Assembly: GCA_043753995.1 (NCBI GenBank)
Contig: JAYUVP010000077.1
Span: forward strand, 55-64,054
DNA: 64,000 nt
Source of the DNA: Fibrobacterota bacterium
GTDB lineage: Bacteria; Fibrobacterota; Fibrobacteria; UBA11236
Direction of reading: 5' to 3'
The notes beneath the pieces are model-generated. The model saw nothing but the letters and a program-made list of their open reading frames with translations. It made no database searches and was not told where the DNA came from. Positions within the stretch are counted from its first letter, which is position 1. Each line of letters opens with the position of its first letter. The position numbers and the translations under genes are program-made. This document shows positions 17,877-25,938 of this stretch, one piece after another.

Positions 17877-18300
17877 AACACTTGAAGCTCTTATCGACGA
17901 AAAGCTCACCTTGAAGCGCAATCGCGCCATGCTCGACGAGCGCGAAGAAGAAGTCAATGCCAAGCTCGATCGCTTTTTCAAGCACGACGCGCCCGCCGAG
18001 CAGCTCAATACGCCTTTCGGATCCATCGTTCGGGTCGTGCATGAGGATCGGGTGCTTGCGAACGCGGCGTTTCCCCTTGCGGCTGAGGCCTTACATGATC
18101 AGTTCAATGAATACTTCAATATCGATGTGGTCATTGTTAGGCCCACGACCAAGTGCCTGCAAATGGCCGCCGATAAGCGCAACCCGATTTATCAGTTGAT
18201 GTATGACCATCTCATCGTAAAACGGACGGTCTTTTATACGGCCATGCCGGCGAGCCCGTTGCAATACACGGAAGGCCCTAGCCATGCGAGGCGGTCATGA
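17866..18300 (+). CDS. hypothetical early protein with N-terminal coiled coil
   Basis: 144 aa. Overlaps the neighbouring genes on both sides by a few nucleotides. Confidence 0.4.
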   Translation: MSHETLEALIDEKLTLKRNRAMLDEREEEVNAKLDRFFKHDAPAEQLNTPFGSIVRVVHEDRVLANAAFPLAAEALHDQFNEYFNIDVVIVRPTTKCLQMAADKRNPIYQLMYDHLIVKRTVFYTAMPASPLQYTEGPSHARRS

Positions 18301-18518
18301 TGCACGAATTGCCGCCTGTCTGGGCTCTATTCCTCTTCAATTGCATCGGCTTATTGCTCTCGCTTTTCACCTATCGCCGCTGTCGTGAGCATAACCGCCG
18401 CGTGTGGCATTCCATGCGCGTGGGCATTGCTGCGCCTGCGGTCATGGCTGCGCTTTGCGCCATCGCCGGTGCCGCGTCCTTTGTTTTGCTGCTCATCAAC
18501 CCCAACTTTCACCCGTAG
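18297..18518 (+). CDS. small two-TM membrane protein (kil-like position)
   Basis: 73 aa with two hydrophobic helices. Confidence 0.4.
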   Translation: MMHELPPVWALFLFNCIGLLLSLFTYRRCREHNRRVWHSMRVGIAAPAVMAALCAIAGAASFVLLLINPNFHP

Positions 18519-18526
18519 GAGTCGCA

Positions 18527-19054
18527 ATGTCCGTTTTAGTTGAAATCGAAGAGCTCACAAAAAAGTATTCCATCGACTATGCGACCCTGACCGAATACGT
18601 CGGCGATTTGAATGTTGAATTGGAAGCTTTAAAACGCACTCGTATCAAGCGGTTAAAAATCTTGGTGCAGCGTGCCGTCGAAAGTCGGGAGACATTGAAA
18701 GCTGGAATCAATGCGAATCGTGAAATTTTCAAAAGCCCTAAAACTCACGTTTTCCATGGCATAAAAGTGGGTCTGCAAAAGGCGAAGGGTAAGCTCGATT
18801 GGGAAGATGACGATAAGGTTGTCGAGCTCATCGAGAAAAAATTCGAAGACATCGCCGACACGCTTATCATCACCAAGAAAAAGCCCAACAGTAAAGCGCT
18901 CGAAGAACTTGACGTCAAGGAACTCAAGAGCATCGGCGTGAGCACTGTCGAGGGTAGCGACTACGCCTACATCAAACCTGTCGACAGCAATGTCGACAAG
19001 TTGGTAAAGGCTTTGCTCAAGGAGAACGATGATGGGGAAGACGATGACGGCTAA
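18527..19054 (+). CDS. Gam-like host-nuclease inhibitor (Mu Gam family)
   Basis: ATG at 18527 after TAGGAG. C-terminal half (KTHVFHGIKVGL..KGKLDWEDDDKVVELIEKKF..IITKKKPNSKALEEL..KSIGVSTVEGSDYAYIKP) parallels the Mu Gam pattern (KTANLVTGDVSWR..IRTKQEINKEA..GITVKSGIEDFSIIP). Lower GC than its neighbours. Confidence 0.5.
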   Translation: MSVLVEIEELTKKYSIDYATLTEYVGDLNVELEALKRTRIKRLKILVQRAVESRETLKAGINANREIFKSPKTHVFHGIKVGLQKAKGKLDWEDDDKVVELIEKKFEDIADTLIITKKKPNSKALEELDVKELKSIGVSTVEGSDYAYIKPVDSNVDKLVKALLKENDDGEDDDG

Positions 19055-19487
19055 AAAAACGCAGCCCGCTGCGCCCAAGCCGGAGAAAGATTTGTCACCG
19101 GCGGAATGGGACGAGGTGAAAAACGTTTTCTCTGGCTACTTCGGCAGCCTCGAGCTTTTGGTTGATGGCTATCAAATTTCTTTGCAGAGGTCACTTTACT
19201 CCAAGAACCGCCTATGCGTGATGACTTATGTCGATGGGGCGTGGAAAGGTATTTGGGATAAGAATTCGCCGCAGTGCATTAAATTCGCTCGGCGAAAATT
19301 TTTACCCCGTTATAGTAAGGCGGACATTCAGAAATTAAAACGATCGTATAGCAAGAAAGATTTTGTTGGCTATGAATTTGAGGCGAAAGGCTTCACGGTT
19401 TATCAGCCGACTTGGTTTTCATTCAATGAACTTCGGCGGCATTTCCGGGCCAATAACAAATCGCTGGAATTGGTCAAGAAGGATTGA
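19029..19487 (+). CDS. hypothetical early protein, paralog A
   Basis: 152 aa. Clearly related to the next gene (LSPAEWDEVKNVFSGYFGSLELLVDGY / ...KSLELVKKD). Confidence 0.45.
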   Translation: MMGKTMTAKKTQPAAPKPEKDLSPAEWDEVKNVFSGYFGSLELLVDGYQISLQRSLYSKNRLCVMTYVDGAWKGIWDKNSPQCIKFARRKFLPRYSKADIQKLKRSYSKKDFVGYEFEAKGFTVYQPTWFSFNELRRHFRANNKSLELVKKD

Positions 19488-19490
19488 ACC

Positions 19491-19895
19491 TTGCGCCTAT
19501 ATCGCAACCACATGGAGCGCGACTTAAGCGCGGGCGAATGGGCGAAAATCGAAACCCTATTCGTTCGCAATTTTGGCGAGGTCAAGCTTGTCGCCGATGG
19601 ATGCTTTGTGGTTTTTCGGCGCGAAATCAAAGGGCCAGACCACGGCAAGGTTATGGCTTATCCTGGTCGAATAATCCCAGGCGACCACTCCTCTTGCCCG
19701 TTGCCTTGGAAGTTTTTTCGGCAGCGATATACTCAGCGGGATCGCTTTTCGACTATTCGCATGTGGCGCGGACGATATCGCTCGTATGGGTCCATTTTTA
19801 CGCCCTGGTGGTGCTCCTATACCAGCCTCCGGGCGCACCTTAAGCGCCATTGCAAATCACTCGAATTGGTTTCAAGCTTCGACGTTGTGGTCTAA
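19491..19895 (+). CDS. hypothetical early protein, paralog B
   Basis: 134 aa. LSAGEWAKIETLFVRNFGEVKLVADGC / ...KSLELVSSFD aligns with the upstream gene. Confidence 0.45.
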   Translation: MRLYRNHMERDLSAGEWAKIETLFVRNFGEVKLVADGCFVVFRREIKGPDHGKVMAYPGRIIPGDHSSCPLPWKFFRQRYTQRDRFSTIRMWRGRYRSYGSIFTPWWCSYTSLRAHLKRHCKSLELVSSFDVVV

Positions 19896-20032
19896 ATGTC
19901 AAAGCATCGCGAGACCCGGGGCAACCCGAATCACGGCAGCAATACCCTCATCGTCAAGGTGCTTGAGGGTTCTTCGCTTGCTTTGGTTTCGCGCTATCAT
20001 GGGCAGGATGCAGTAGGTGCATTCACTTTTCT

Positions 20033-20239
20033 TTGTGTCGCCCGCTTAAAGGCCGCATCGACTACTCCAAGTATTGCCACGTCCTTTCTTTAGGTTGGGC
20101 CCCGCACAAACTTCAGCCCGCGCTTGACCGATTGGCGGAGCTTCGCGTGCGAGCGAAAGTGGCTGTGAATACGCCCGGAAAAATGGCGGAATTTCTGGCT
20201 ATCCACCGTGAAATAGCTGAGATGGCAAAGCAGGTTTAA
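20033..20239 (+). CDS. small hypothetical protein upstream of mor
   Basis: 68 aa. Ends 1 nt before the mor-like start. Confidence 0.25.
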   Translation: MCRPLKGRIDYSKYCHVLSLGWAPHKLQPALDRLAELRVRAKVAVNTPGKMAEFLAIHREIAEMAKQV

Positions 20240-20240
20240 A

Positions 20241-20570
20241 ATGCAAGAGACAAATTTCGATTGGCTCACCCCTGAAGACTTGCCCACCAAGCCCCTGCGT
20301 GACTTGGCTGAGGCTGTTGGTATTCCCGCCACGGTCAAGCTGCTTCAGAGCATGGGCGGTCAGTCGATTTACTTCCCACTGAATTGGCGTGTAAGTCTCG
20401 TCGAGGCTTACCTCGCGGCTGGGCGCTGGGATGGAGTGCGCGGTGCGGACCTGGCTGCGGCTCTCGGCATCTCTCGGACCTCGGCTTACCGCATTCTGAA
20501 CAGCAAGAGGACAAGGCCGGTGAAGCTGGCTAAAACCAAGGGTTTTGAACAGGTGAAAATGGACCTTTAG
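20241..20570 (+). CDS. Mor/C-family middle/late transcription activator
   Basis: 109 aa with C-terminal HTH (LAAALGISRTSAYRIL). Size and position match the Mor family. Confidence 0.6.
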   Translation: MQETNFDWLTPEDLPTKPLRDLAEAVGIPATVKLLQSMGGQSIYFPLNWRVSLVEAYLAAGRWDGVRGADLAAALGISRTSAYRILNSKRTRPVKLAKTKGFEQVKMDL

Positions 20571-20668
20571 AGTGTGTTTAAAGGCCTCTAAAATCGGCGT
20601 TTAATTTGGTGTGTTTTTCTTTAGGTTGAAATTGACCCCCCTCCCCCCGTCTTTTGTCTGTTACCTGT

Positions 20669-20924
20669 CTTTCGCTGGTTTTTGTCGTTTTCTTTTCAAT
20701 TTCGCTGGTTTCCGCGCTTTTTTTGCTTTTGAATTGTTGACCCCCTTCATGACCTCCCTCTCTGGATCATTTTCGGCAATTTTGCGCAGTTTTAGACGGT
20801 CAAATACCAAACTGTCCGCACTTTTCTGCGCTTTTTAGGAAATTCCGGCAAAAAGTCTCAAACTGATTTTGTCGTCGTAAGTCCTGATTTTACGGGCTCT
20901 TTCGCGTTTTTCCGGGGTGTGCCA
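20669..20924. mobile_element. Mu-type terminal region with five MuA-binding-site-like repeats, element end at about 20924 (..GTGTGCCA)
   Basis: Repeats YTTTCGC(N)GTTTTT at 20669, 20699, 20779, 20821 and 20897. The reverse complement of the outermost (TGGCACACCCCGGAAAAACGCGAAAG) closely matches the Mu right-end R1 site (TGAAGCGGCGCACGAAAAACGCGAAAG). Confidence 0.6.
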
Positions 20925-20990
20925 GAATTCTCAAACTGCGCGCTCCCCTACAGCCACCCCTCCCCACCTTCCTTCACCTTGATCCAGGGT

Positions 20991-22361
20991 TTAATCCACC
21001 GCAATCGCCTTTTCGATCAAATTGCCGATTTTGTCCCAGGTGATTTGAAATTTACGCGTGATGCCTTTTCGCGTTTCCCGGTATTTCACTTTGATGCTGT
21101 CCGCAACAAAGCGCCCATCCACTTCGCCGGTATTTCCATCGGCAAAGGTGACCGTCATTTGCACGTTACCCTGGGCACGCAATTCCAGGGGTGACGCCGG
21201 CGCATCGGCTTTAAAGGTGAACCGGCTGGAAGCCAATACTCCATTACGCCACTCCCAGGCTGCGGCATAGCTAAGCAGGCGATTGCCGGCATCATCGCGC
21301 GGCGTGGGCGATACGACGACGACAAAAGCATCGGCTCGGGAAATCCTATCGGATGTCGAATCAAAGACCACCATGCGATCGATATTCACGGTGTCTCCAG
21401 GGGAGAATAAGGAATCGCTTCCCCGCCCTCGCAATCGGAATGTCACGCTTTTGCCATCCTTCTCCAGACGATCTTCCTGATAAAAATGCGGCCTAAGGAC
21501 AAAGCCTTTGCGCAATAAAGTGGCTTTAAGCTTTCGCGTAGATTTCAGCACGGGCCCCAGCGGCAGATCATAGGTCACATGCACGAGCCTTATTTCACCC
21601 GAGTCCCCGCGCCACAGCAAACCATCCCCGTCAAGGTCGTGAATGGAAACGGCTTCCGAGGTGTCGTTCCCACGACCGCGCCAAAAACCATAGCTCGCAA
21701 ATCCGAATCCACCGATGTCATGGGGATTGGCCGCTGAATCGGGCACCACGTCCAGTACATGAAGACGAAAGGCTGAGCCGGGGCTATAAAGCAACCGAAT
21801 CACGCCTTTGTCGAGGAGGCCAACGCTATCGCTATTCACGAATTTCCATGTTTTGATAAAACCGGATCGCGACAACGTCCCCTTGCGAAGCAGGAGCAAA
21901 TTGCCGCTTTCTTCGCTTTGGCTGAAACCTGAATCAAAACGGTAGACCAAAGTGTCTTCTTCGCGCTGCAGTAAGCCGGGGCCGGTTTTCACTCGCACTT
22001 TTCGGGCTAGGCCACGTGCCGTGTCCGACAGGTCCCAAAGTAGGGTTTCCGCTTGGGATGCTGCAGCTTTCAGTAAGGCCGCCTGCTTAGGCGCCACTGG
22101 CTCGATAAAGCTTGATTCGGCTTCAGAAATTCCGGTTGGGGTGATAGGAATATTATCGAATTCATTCCAATCGCTTTGAGCCGCAACCTGGCTTGCTGCG
22201 GCCTTGCCCAAGGGTTCCAAAGTATTGGGGAAATCTTCAGCGCCCGCGCGCCTATCGTCTTCCTGCTGAAGGAAGCAGCCGGGCAAGGCAATACACAGAA
22301 ATGCCGCGGCGAAGGCCCAACCGGCCCAATTCAAACCTCGGCGAAGACCCACGGTATTCAT
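20991..22361 (-). CDS. hypothetical lipoprotein/exported protein
   Basis: 456 aa. Signal peptide with an LPGC lipobox-like sequence. Confidence 0.5.
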   Translation of the reverse strand: MNTVGLRRGLNWAGWAFAAAFLCIALPGCFLQQEDDRRAGAEDFPNTLEPLGKAAASQVAAQSDWNEFDNIPITPTGISEAESSFIEPVAPKQAALLKAAASQAETLLWDLSDTARGLARKVRVKTGPGLLQREEDTLVYRFDSGFSQSEESGNLLLLRKGTLSRSGFIKTWKFVNSDSVGLLDKGVIRLLYSPGSAFRLHVLDVVPDSAANPHDIGGFGFASYGFWRGRGNDTSEAVSIHDLDGDGLLWRGDSGEIRLVHVTYDLPLGPVLKSTRKLKATLLRKGFVLRPHFYQEDRLEKDGKSVTFRLRGRGSDSLFSPGDTVNIDRMVVFDSTSDRISRADAFVVVVSPTPRDDAGNRLLSYAAAWEWRNGVLASSRFTFKADAPASPLELRAQGNVQMTVTFADGNTGEVDGRFVADSIKVKYRETRKGITRKFQITWDKIGNLIEKAIAVD

Positions 22362-23281
22362 GAATGGCTCCCATTCGAGCGCGGAAAATACTGCATGGAA
22401 AACTGCATGACACCCGTCGGCTGTTTGTCTTTTTCAACCAAGTCCAAAATCTCTTTGCGGAAATCATCGATGCGTTTCTGAATGACTTGCCGCGTTTCTT
22501 CCCCGACCATGAGCAATAAAGTCGAAACATGGCGCTTGCCTGGCGGAAAACGGAATGGCGCCTCGGCGGCCTGCACTACCCATTCTCGATTGAGTCGCCT
22601 TACCATGGCTCCCAAGGTTTTAGGAGGCTCAACAAATTTACTGGTCACCTGAAAGCGCCCATCGGCTTCGCGCCGTATGAGCTTCCACTCTTCCAGTTCT
22701 TCTACGATTTTTCGCACCACGCCAGGAGGCAAGGGCGGATCTAGCCATTTGGCCAAAGCTTCCGAATCGCCCCTGAATTGCATGGCCTCAATGGCGCAAC
22801 GCACCAGGGGATAGCGATAGTCCTGGTAGTATTTGGTGAGGCTGGGACTGAGGCGGGCAAAGCCACTGCGATTGCGGCGGTAGACGATATCCTGGTAAAT
22901 CTTTTGCCGCTCCTCCTCTTTGCGGGCTTGGCCGAATTGGGTGATAAGCTGAAGGAATTCCGTGGCGGCATCATTCAACCCGAAAACCGGCGCCATTTTT
23001 TGCAACATCGCATCCGACAAGGTGCGCTTGCCTTGCACCACATCGAGCAAATAACCTTGATTTAAAATTCCAGCCTCTTTGGCAAATTTGCGATAGGAAT
23101 AAGCGCTATCGGCTTTCTTTTTGGCTGCAAAAGCTTCTCGCAAAAATGCGCGAAAGTCGTCAAAGGCATACACATCCGGCGCTTCATATGTCCCTTTTTT
23201 AGGTGGAACCGCAGCAGTCATGCTCCCCATCCGCTTTCCATTTGCCAGAAATCTCCCAGCATGAATCGAGTTTAACCCCAA
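22358..23281 (-). CDS. TIGR02147-like conserved hypothetical protein (HTH-containing)
   Basis: 307 aa. Family resemblance from memory only. AT-rich promoter region upstream at 23282-23435. Confidence 0.45.
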   Translation of the reverse strand: MGLNSIHAGRFLANGKRMGSMTAAVPPKKGTYEAPDVYAFDDFRAFLREAFAAKKKADSAYSYRKFAKEAGILNQGYLLDVVQGKRTLSDAMLQKMAPVFGLNDAATEFLQLITQFGQARKEEERQKIYQDIVYRRNRSGFARLSPSLTKYYQDYRYPLVRCAIEAMQFRGDSEALAKWLDPPLPPGVVRKIVEELEEWKLIRREADGRFQVTSKFVEPPKTLGAMVRRLNREWVVQAAEAPFRFPPGKRHVSTLLLMVGEETRQVIQKRIDDFRKEILDLVEKDKQPTGVMQFSMQYFPRSNGSHS

Positions 23282-23435
23282 GGCTGGGGTTTTCCACCAT
23301 AAAATATCATTCAGATAACGTTTTTTCCAATTTTATTTAATAATTAAAGGTTTTTAAGCCATTTTCTGGTGTTCAGTTTATCAGTTTTTGATAACACTTT
23401 CGGCCCTGGTATGGGGCCGCAGAGAGAGGAGGAGT

Positions 23436-24596
23436 TTACGAGTCGAGCAGCCGTCGTAGGGCGTGCAGCAAGTCCGCCGACCCATAGGGTTTGGGCAAAA
23501 TTTCGAGCTTTGCGGGAAGCTGGGAGGCTTCGGCTTCGCTCATGGATCCGCCTAGGAGAATGATGGCGCGCGCATGACCACTATCCAATAATTCAGCCCC
23601 GACCTCCACGCCGTCCAAACCCCGTGGACGGCGCTCCAAGATGGCCGCATCGAAATCCGATGCCGCTGCGATGGAACGCGAGTCGGTGAATTCAGCGACG
23701 ATATAACCGCCTTGCTGCATAATCCGGCGAGTGAGCCGGCGTACGGCATCATCACTTTCAACCAAGGCTATTTTCTCGCCTTTCCCGCGCGGGGCGGCTA
23801 GCGATTCAGCAGCTTCGGATACGTGGGCCGCAATGGGACTGGCAGGAAAGTAAAGCGCGAAAATACTGCCTCGACCCGCCTCGCTGGTGACGCGCAATCC
23901 CCCATCCAATTGCTGCATGATGCCAAAAACCGTCGAAAGCCCGAGGCCGGTGCCACGGCCCTTGGCCTTGGTCGTAAAGAAAGGTTCGAAGAGATGAGCC
24001 ATCACTTCAAGGCTCATGCCCATGCCATTGTCTTCCACATTCACCACAATGAATTCGCCTGGTTGGGGCTTCAAGGGAGCGGAATCGGCCCAAGCCTCTA
24101 CGACTTCCCGTTTCAAGGTCAAGCGCACTTGGCCTCCCTTGGGCATTGCATCGCGAGCATTGACGACCAAGTTGATGATGGCTTGCTCAGCCAGGCTGCG
24201 ATCGAGGCGGGCAATCATGGCCTCTTCCGACGGTATGAGTTGCAAGCTGATTTGCTTGGGGAGTAGGCGTCCCAATAGTTTTTCCATGTCCGAAAGCATG
24301 GGACGGGTATCTTGGGCGCGAATATCGGCTATTTGCTTACGGCTGAAAGCCAGCAATTGCCGCGTGAGGGCGGTGCCCTTTTCCCCAGCCTTGCGAATTT
24401 CCTCAGCCATTTCGTGATTTGGATCACTTTTCGACATCACGCTCATGAGCAAATCGGCATAGCCATTGATGGCCGTCAGCAAATTATTGAAATCATGCGC
24501 CACTCCGCCGGCCAGACGACCCAAGGCTTCCATTTTCTGGCTTTGCCGCTTGGCCTCCTCGGCGTCCATGGCTGCGGGACTCGGAAAATCAGTCAT
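23436..24596 (-). CDS. hybrid sensor histidine kinase/response regulator
   Basis: HisKA H-box (GGVAHDFNNLL), HATPase_c motifs (DNGMGM, GTGLGL) and a C-terminal receiver domain. Probable ATG at 24596 (MTDFPSP), 13 nt after the OMF stop. Confidence 0.75.
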   Translation of the reverse strand: MTDFPSPAAMDAEEAKRQSQKMEALGRLAGGVAHDFNNLLTAINGYADLLMSVMSKSDPNHEMAEEIRKAGEKGTALTRQLLAFSRKQIADIRAQDTRPMLSDMEKLLGRLLPKQISLQLIPSEEAMIARLDRSLAEQAIINLVVNARDAMPKGGQVRLTLKREVVEAWADSAPLKPQPGEFIVVNVEDNGMGMSLEVMAHLFEPFFTTKAKGRGTGLGLSTVFGIMQQLDGGLRVTSEAGRGSIFALYFPASPIAAHVSEAAESLAAPRGKGEKIALVESDDAVRRLTRRIMQQGGYIVAEFTDSRSIAAASDFDAAILERRPRGLDGVEVGAELLDSGHARAIILLGGSMSEAEASQLPAKLEILPKPYGSADLLHALRRLLDS

Positions 24597-24609
24597 GCGG
24601 CAAAAGTAT

Positions 24610-25938
24610 TCAGGGGAATGCGGAAAAGGCACCGGCGGCCCGGAGAATTTGCAAATCGCGATCCCGGCAATCGAACAATTGCCCAACGGATTGTTTGACC
24701 GCCGAGAGATATCGCTCCTCATTCAAGTGCACTTCAACTTGCGAAACGCCACCGGCACGAAGGCGCTCCATCATGAGCCGTGCCGATTCGGCAGCCAAGG
24801 CGCGATTGCGACGCTCCAACCCCAAGGCTTCGCGACAGCCACCCATTTGCGATGCGGCCCGGTCTAAATCGACCTTGGCTTTTTCCAAGGCCCAGGCGCT
24901 TCGCCATACGGTTTCACGTGCCAAGGCACGTGCCTGACGCGCAGCTTCCGGCAAGGATCCGAAACTGATCAAGTTCAAGCGGACTTGCGCTCCCACCGAA
25001 GTGCCCAGGGCTTGATTGTAAGCTACCAGGCCTGCTTCAGCCTTGTTCAAGGAGTAGTTATAACCCGCCGTTAAGCTCAACTTGGGCCAAAGTTCAGACA
25101 GGGAATTTTTCCATCCCGCTTGGGCTAAGCGCTCGCCTAAACGACTGCGACGCACCTCTATGGATTGCTCGCTGATTTGCTGATTCAGTTTTTGCGCGTC
25201 GCGACTGGGTGGATCGCCTGGATCACTCAAGGCCGCAGCCAAGGTGACCAGGGAACTTTCCGCCTCAGCGGTTTGAGGGGCTTGTAACCACTGGGCCAGA
25301 CCTCGCCAAGAATTCGACAAGGCCTGACGGGCGCGAATTCGCGCTGCCTGCTGGGCCAGCAAGTCTGCTTCAGCAGCTAATTCTTCTTGCCTTGAAATAC
25401 CACCCGCCGCTCGCATGGCGCGCACCAACCTTAATCTTTCTTCGGTGAGCATCACCAAGGTGTCGGCGGCTAAACTCAATTCCCGATCGCGCAAGACGCC
25501 GTAATAGGCTCCGGCAGCTTGCAAAGCCACTTCCAATTTGACTTCATCCAGGCGCAAGGCGGCCAGGTCGCGTTGCAAGCCCAATTGCGAGCGAAGCGCC
25601 GGCGTCTTTAAGCCTTCAAATACCGTCCAGCTTCCATTGATGCCCGCCGTATAAGCCGTGGAAACGGCACCGTTTTTCACCGAATCGGCGGTCGAGCCTA
25701 GGCGGCGCACACGCGTGTCCTGCAGGTTTTGATTGACTCCCGCGGTGGCGTCGATTCTGGGCCAGGCTCCCGCCTGATTCCAGGTGACTGAAGCTTCCGC
25801 GCGCGCCAGGGCTTCGCGCTCGGCTAAAACCAGGGGGTTGCGCTCTTGTGCGGTTTGAATGGCCTCCTCCAGCTTAGTCGGCCATCGAAAAGGTCCTTCC
25901 TCAGCTATTCCCAAACGGACACCACCCAGCAAGACCAT
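24610..25938 (-). CDS. outer membrane efflux factor (TolC family); start uncertain, in-frame with the upstream RND gene
   Basis: About 443 aa C-terminal part of the 1506-aa track ORF. Has the paired coiled-coil/beta-barrel repeat character of OMF proteins. The first in-frame ATG gives MVLLGGVRLG. Confidence 0.6.
   Translation of the reverse strand: MVLLGGVRLGIAEEGPFRWPTKLEEAIQTAQERNPLVLAEREALARAEASVTWNQAGAWPRIDATAGVNQNLQDTRVRRLGSTADSVKNGAVSTAYTAGINGSWTVFEGLKTPALRSQLGLQRDLAALRLDEVKLEVALQAAGAYYGVLRDRELSLAADTLVMLTEERLRLVRAMRAAGGISRQEELAAEADLLAQQAARIRARQALSNSWRGLAQWLQAPQTAEAESSLVTLAAALSDPGDPPSRDAQKLNQQISEQSIEVRRSRLGERLAQAGWKNSLSELWPKLSLTAGYNYSLNKAEAGLVAYNQALGTSVGAQVRLNLISFGSLPEAARQARALARETVWRSAWALEKAKVDLDRAASQMGGCREALGLERRNRALAAESARLMMERLRAGGVSQVEVHLNEERYLSAVKQSVGQLFDCRDRDLQILRAAGAFSAFP

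Larger units (their letters stand above)
1..20924. mobile_element. Mu-family transposable prophage, partial: the left boundary lies beyond the window start and the right (early-side) end is at about 20924
   Basis: Contiguous Mu-type gene set: MuA DDE transposase, MuB AAA+, c/ner, GemA, Gam, Mor, DUF1804 TerS, TerL, DUF935 portal, Mu F, G, I, T and DUF1320. MuA-site-like terminal repeat array at 20669-20913. Confidence 0.7.

Noticed and set aside
17115-18026. 303-aa minus-strand ORF spanning the early region
   Set aside because: Low-complexity Ser/Arg/Leu-rich translation, antisense to three well-supported plus-strand early genes (GemA-like and others). Typical high-GC shadow ORF.
20571-20668. 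Possible terminator after mor
   Set aside because: Only weak dyad symmetry (aggcctct). No convincing stem plus T-run. The region is better explained as part of the element-end repeat zone.
12904-20924. Interpretation of the c/ner/A/B/mor region as an independent about 8-kb mini-Mu
   Set aside because: Kept only as an alternative hypothesis. Under it the exported-protein gene at 12891 would have its RBS and promoter inside the element end. A single prophage with one 6.6-kb inversion explains all Mu-like genes more simply. No target-site duplication could be confirmed.
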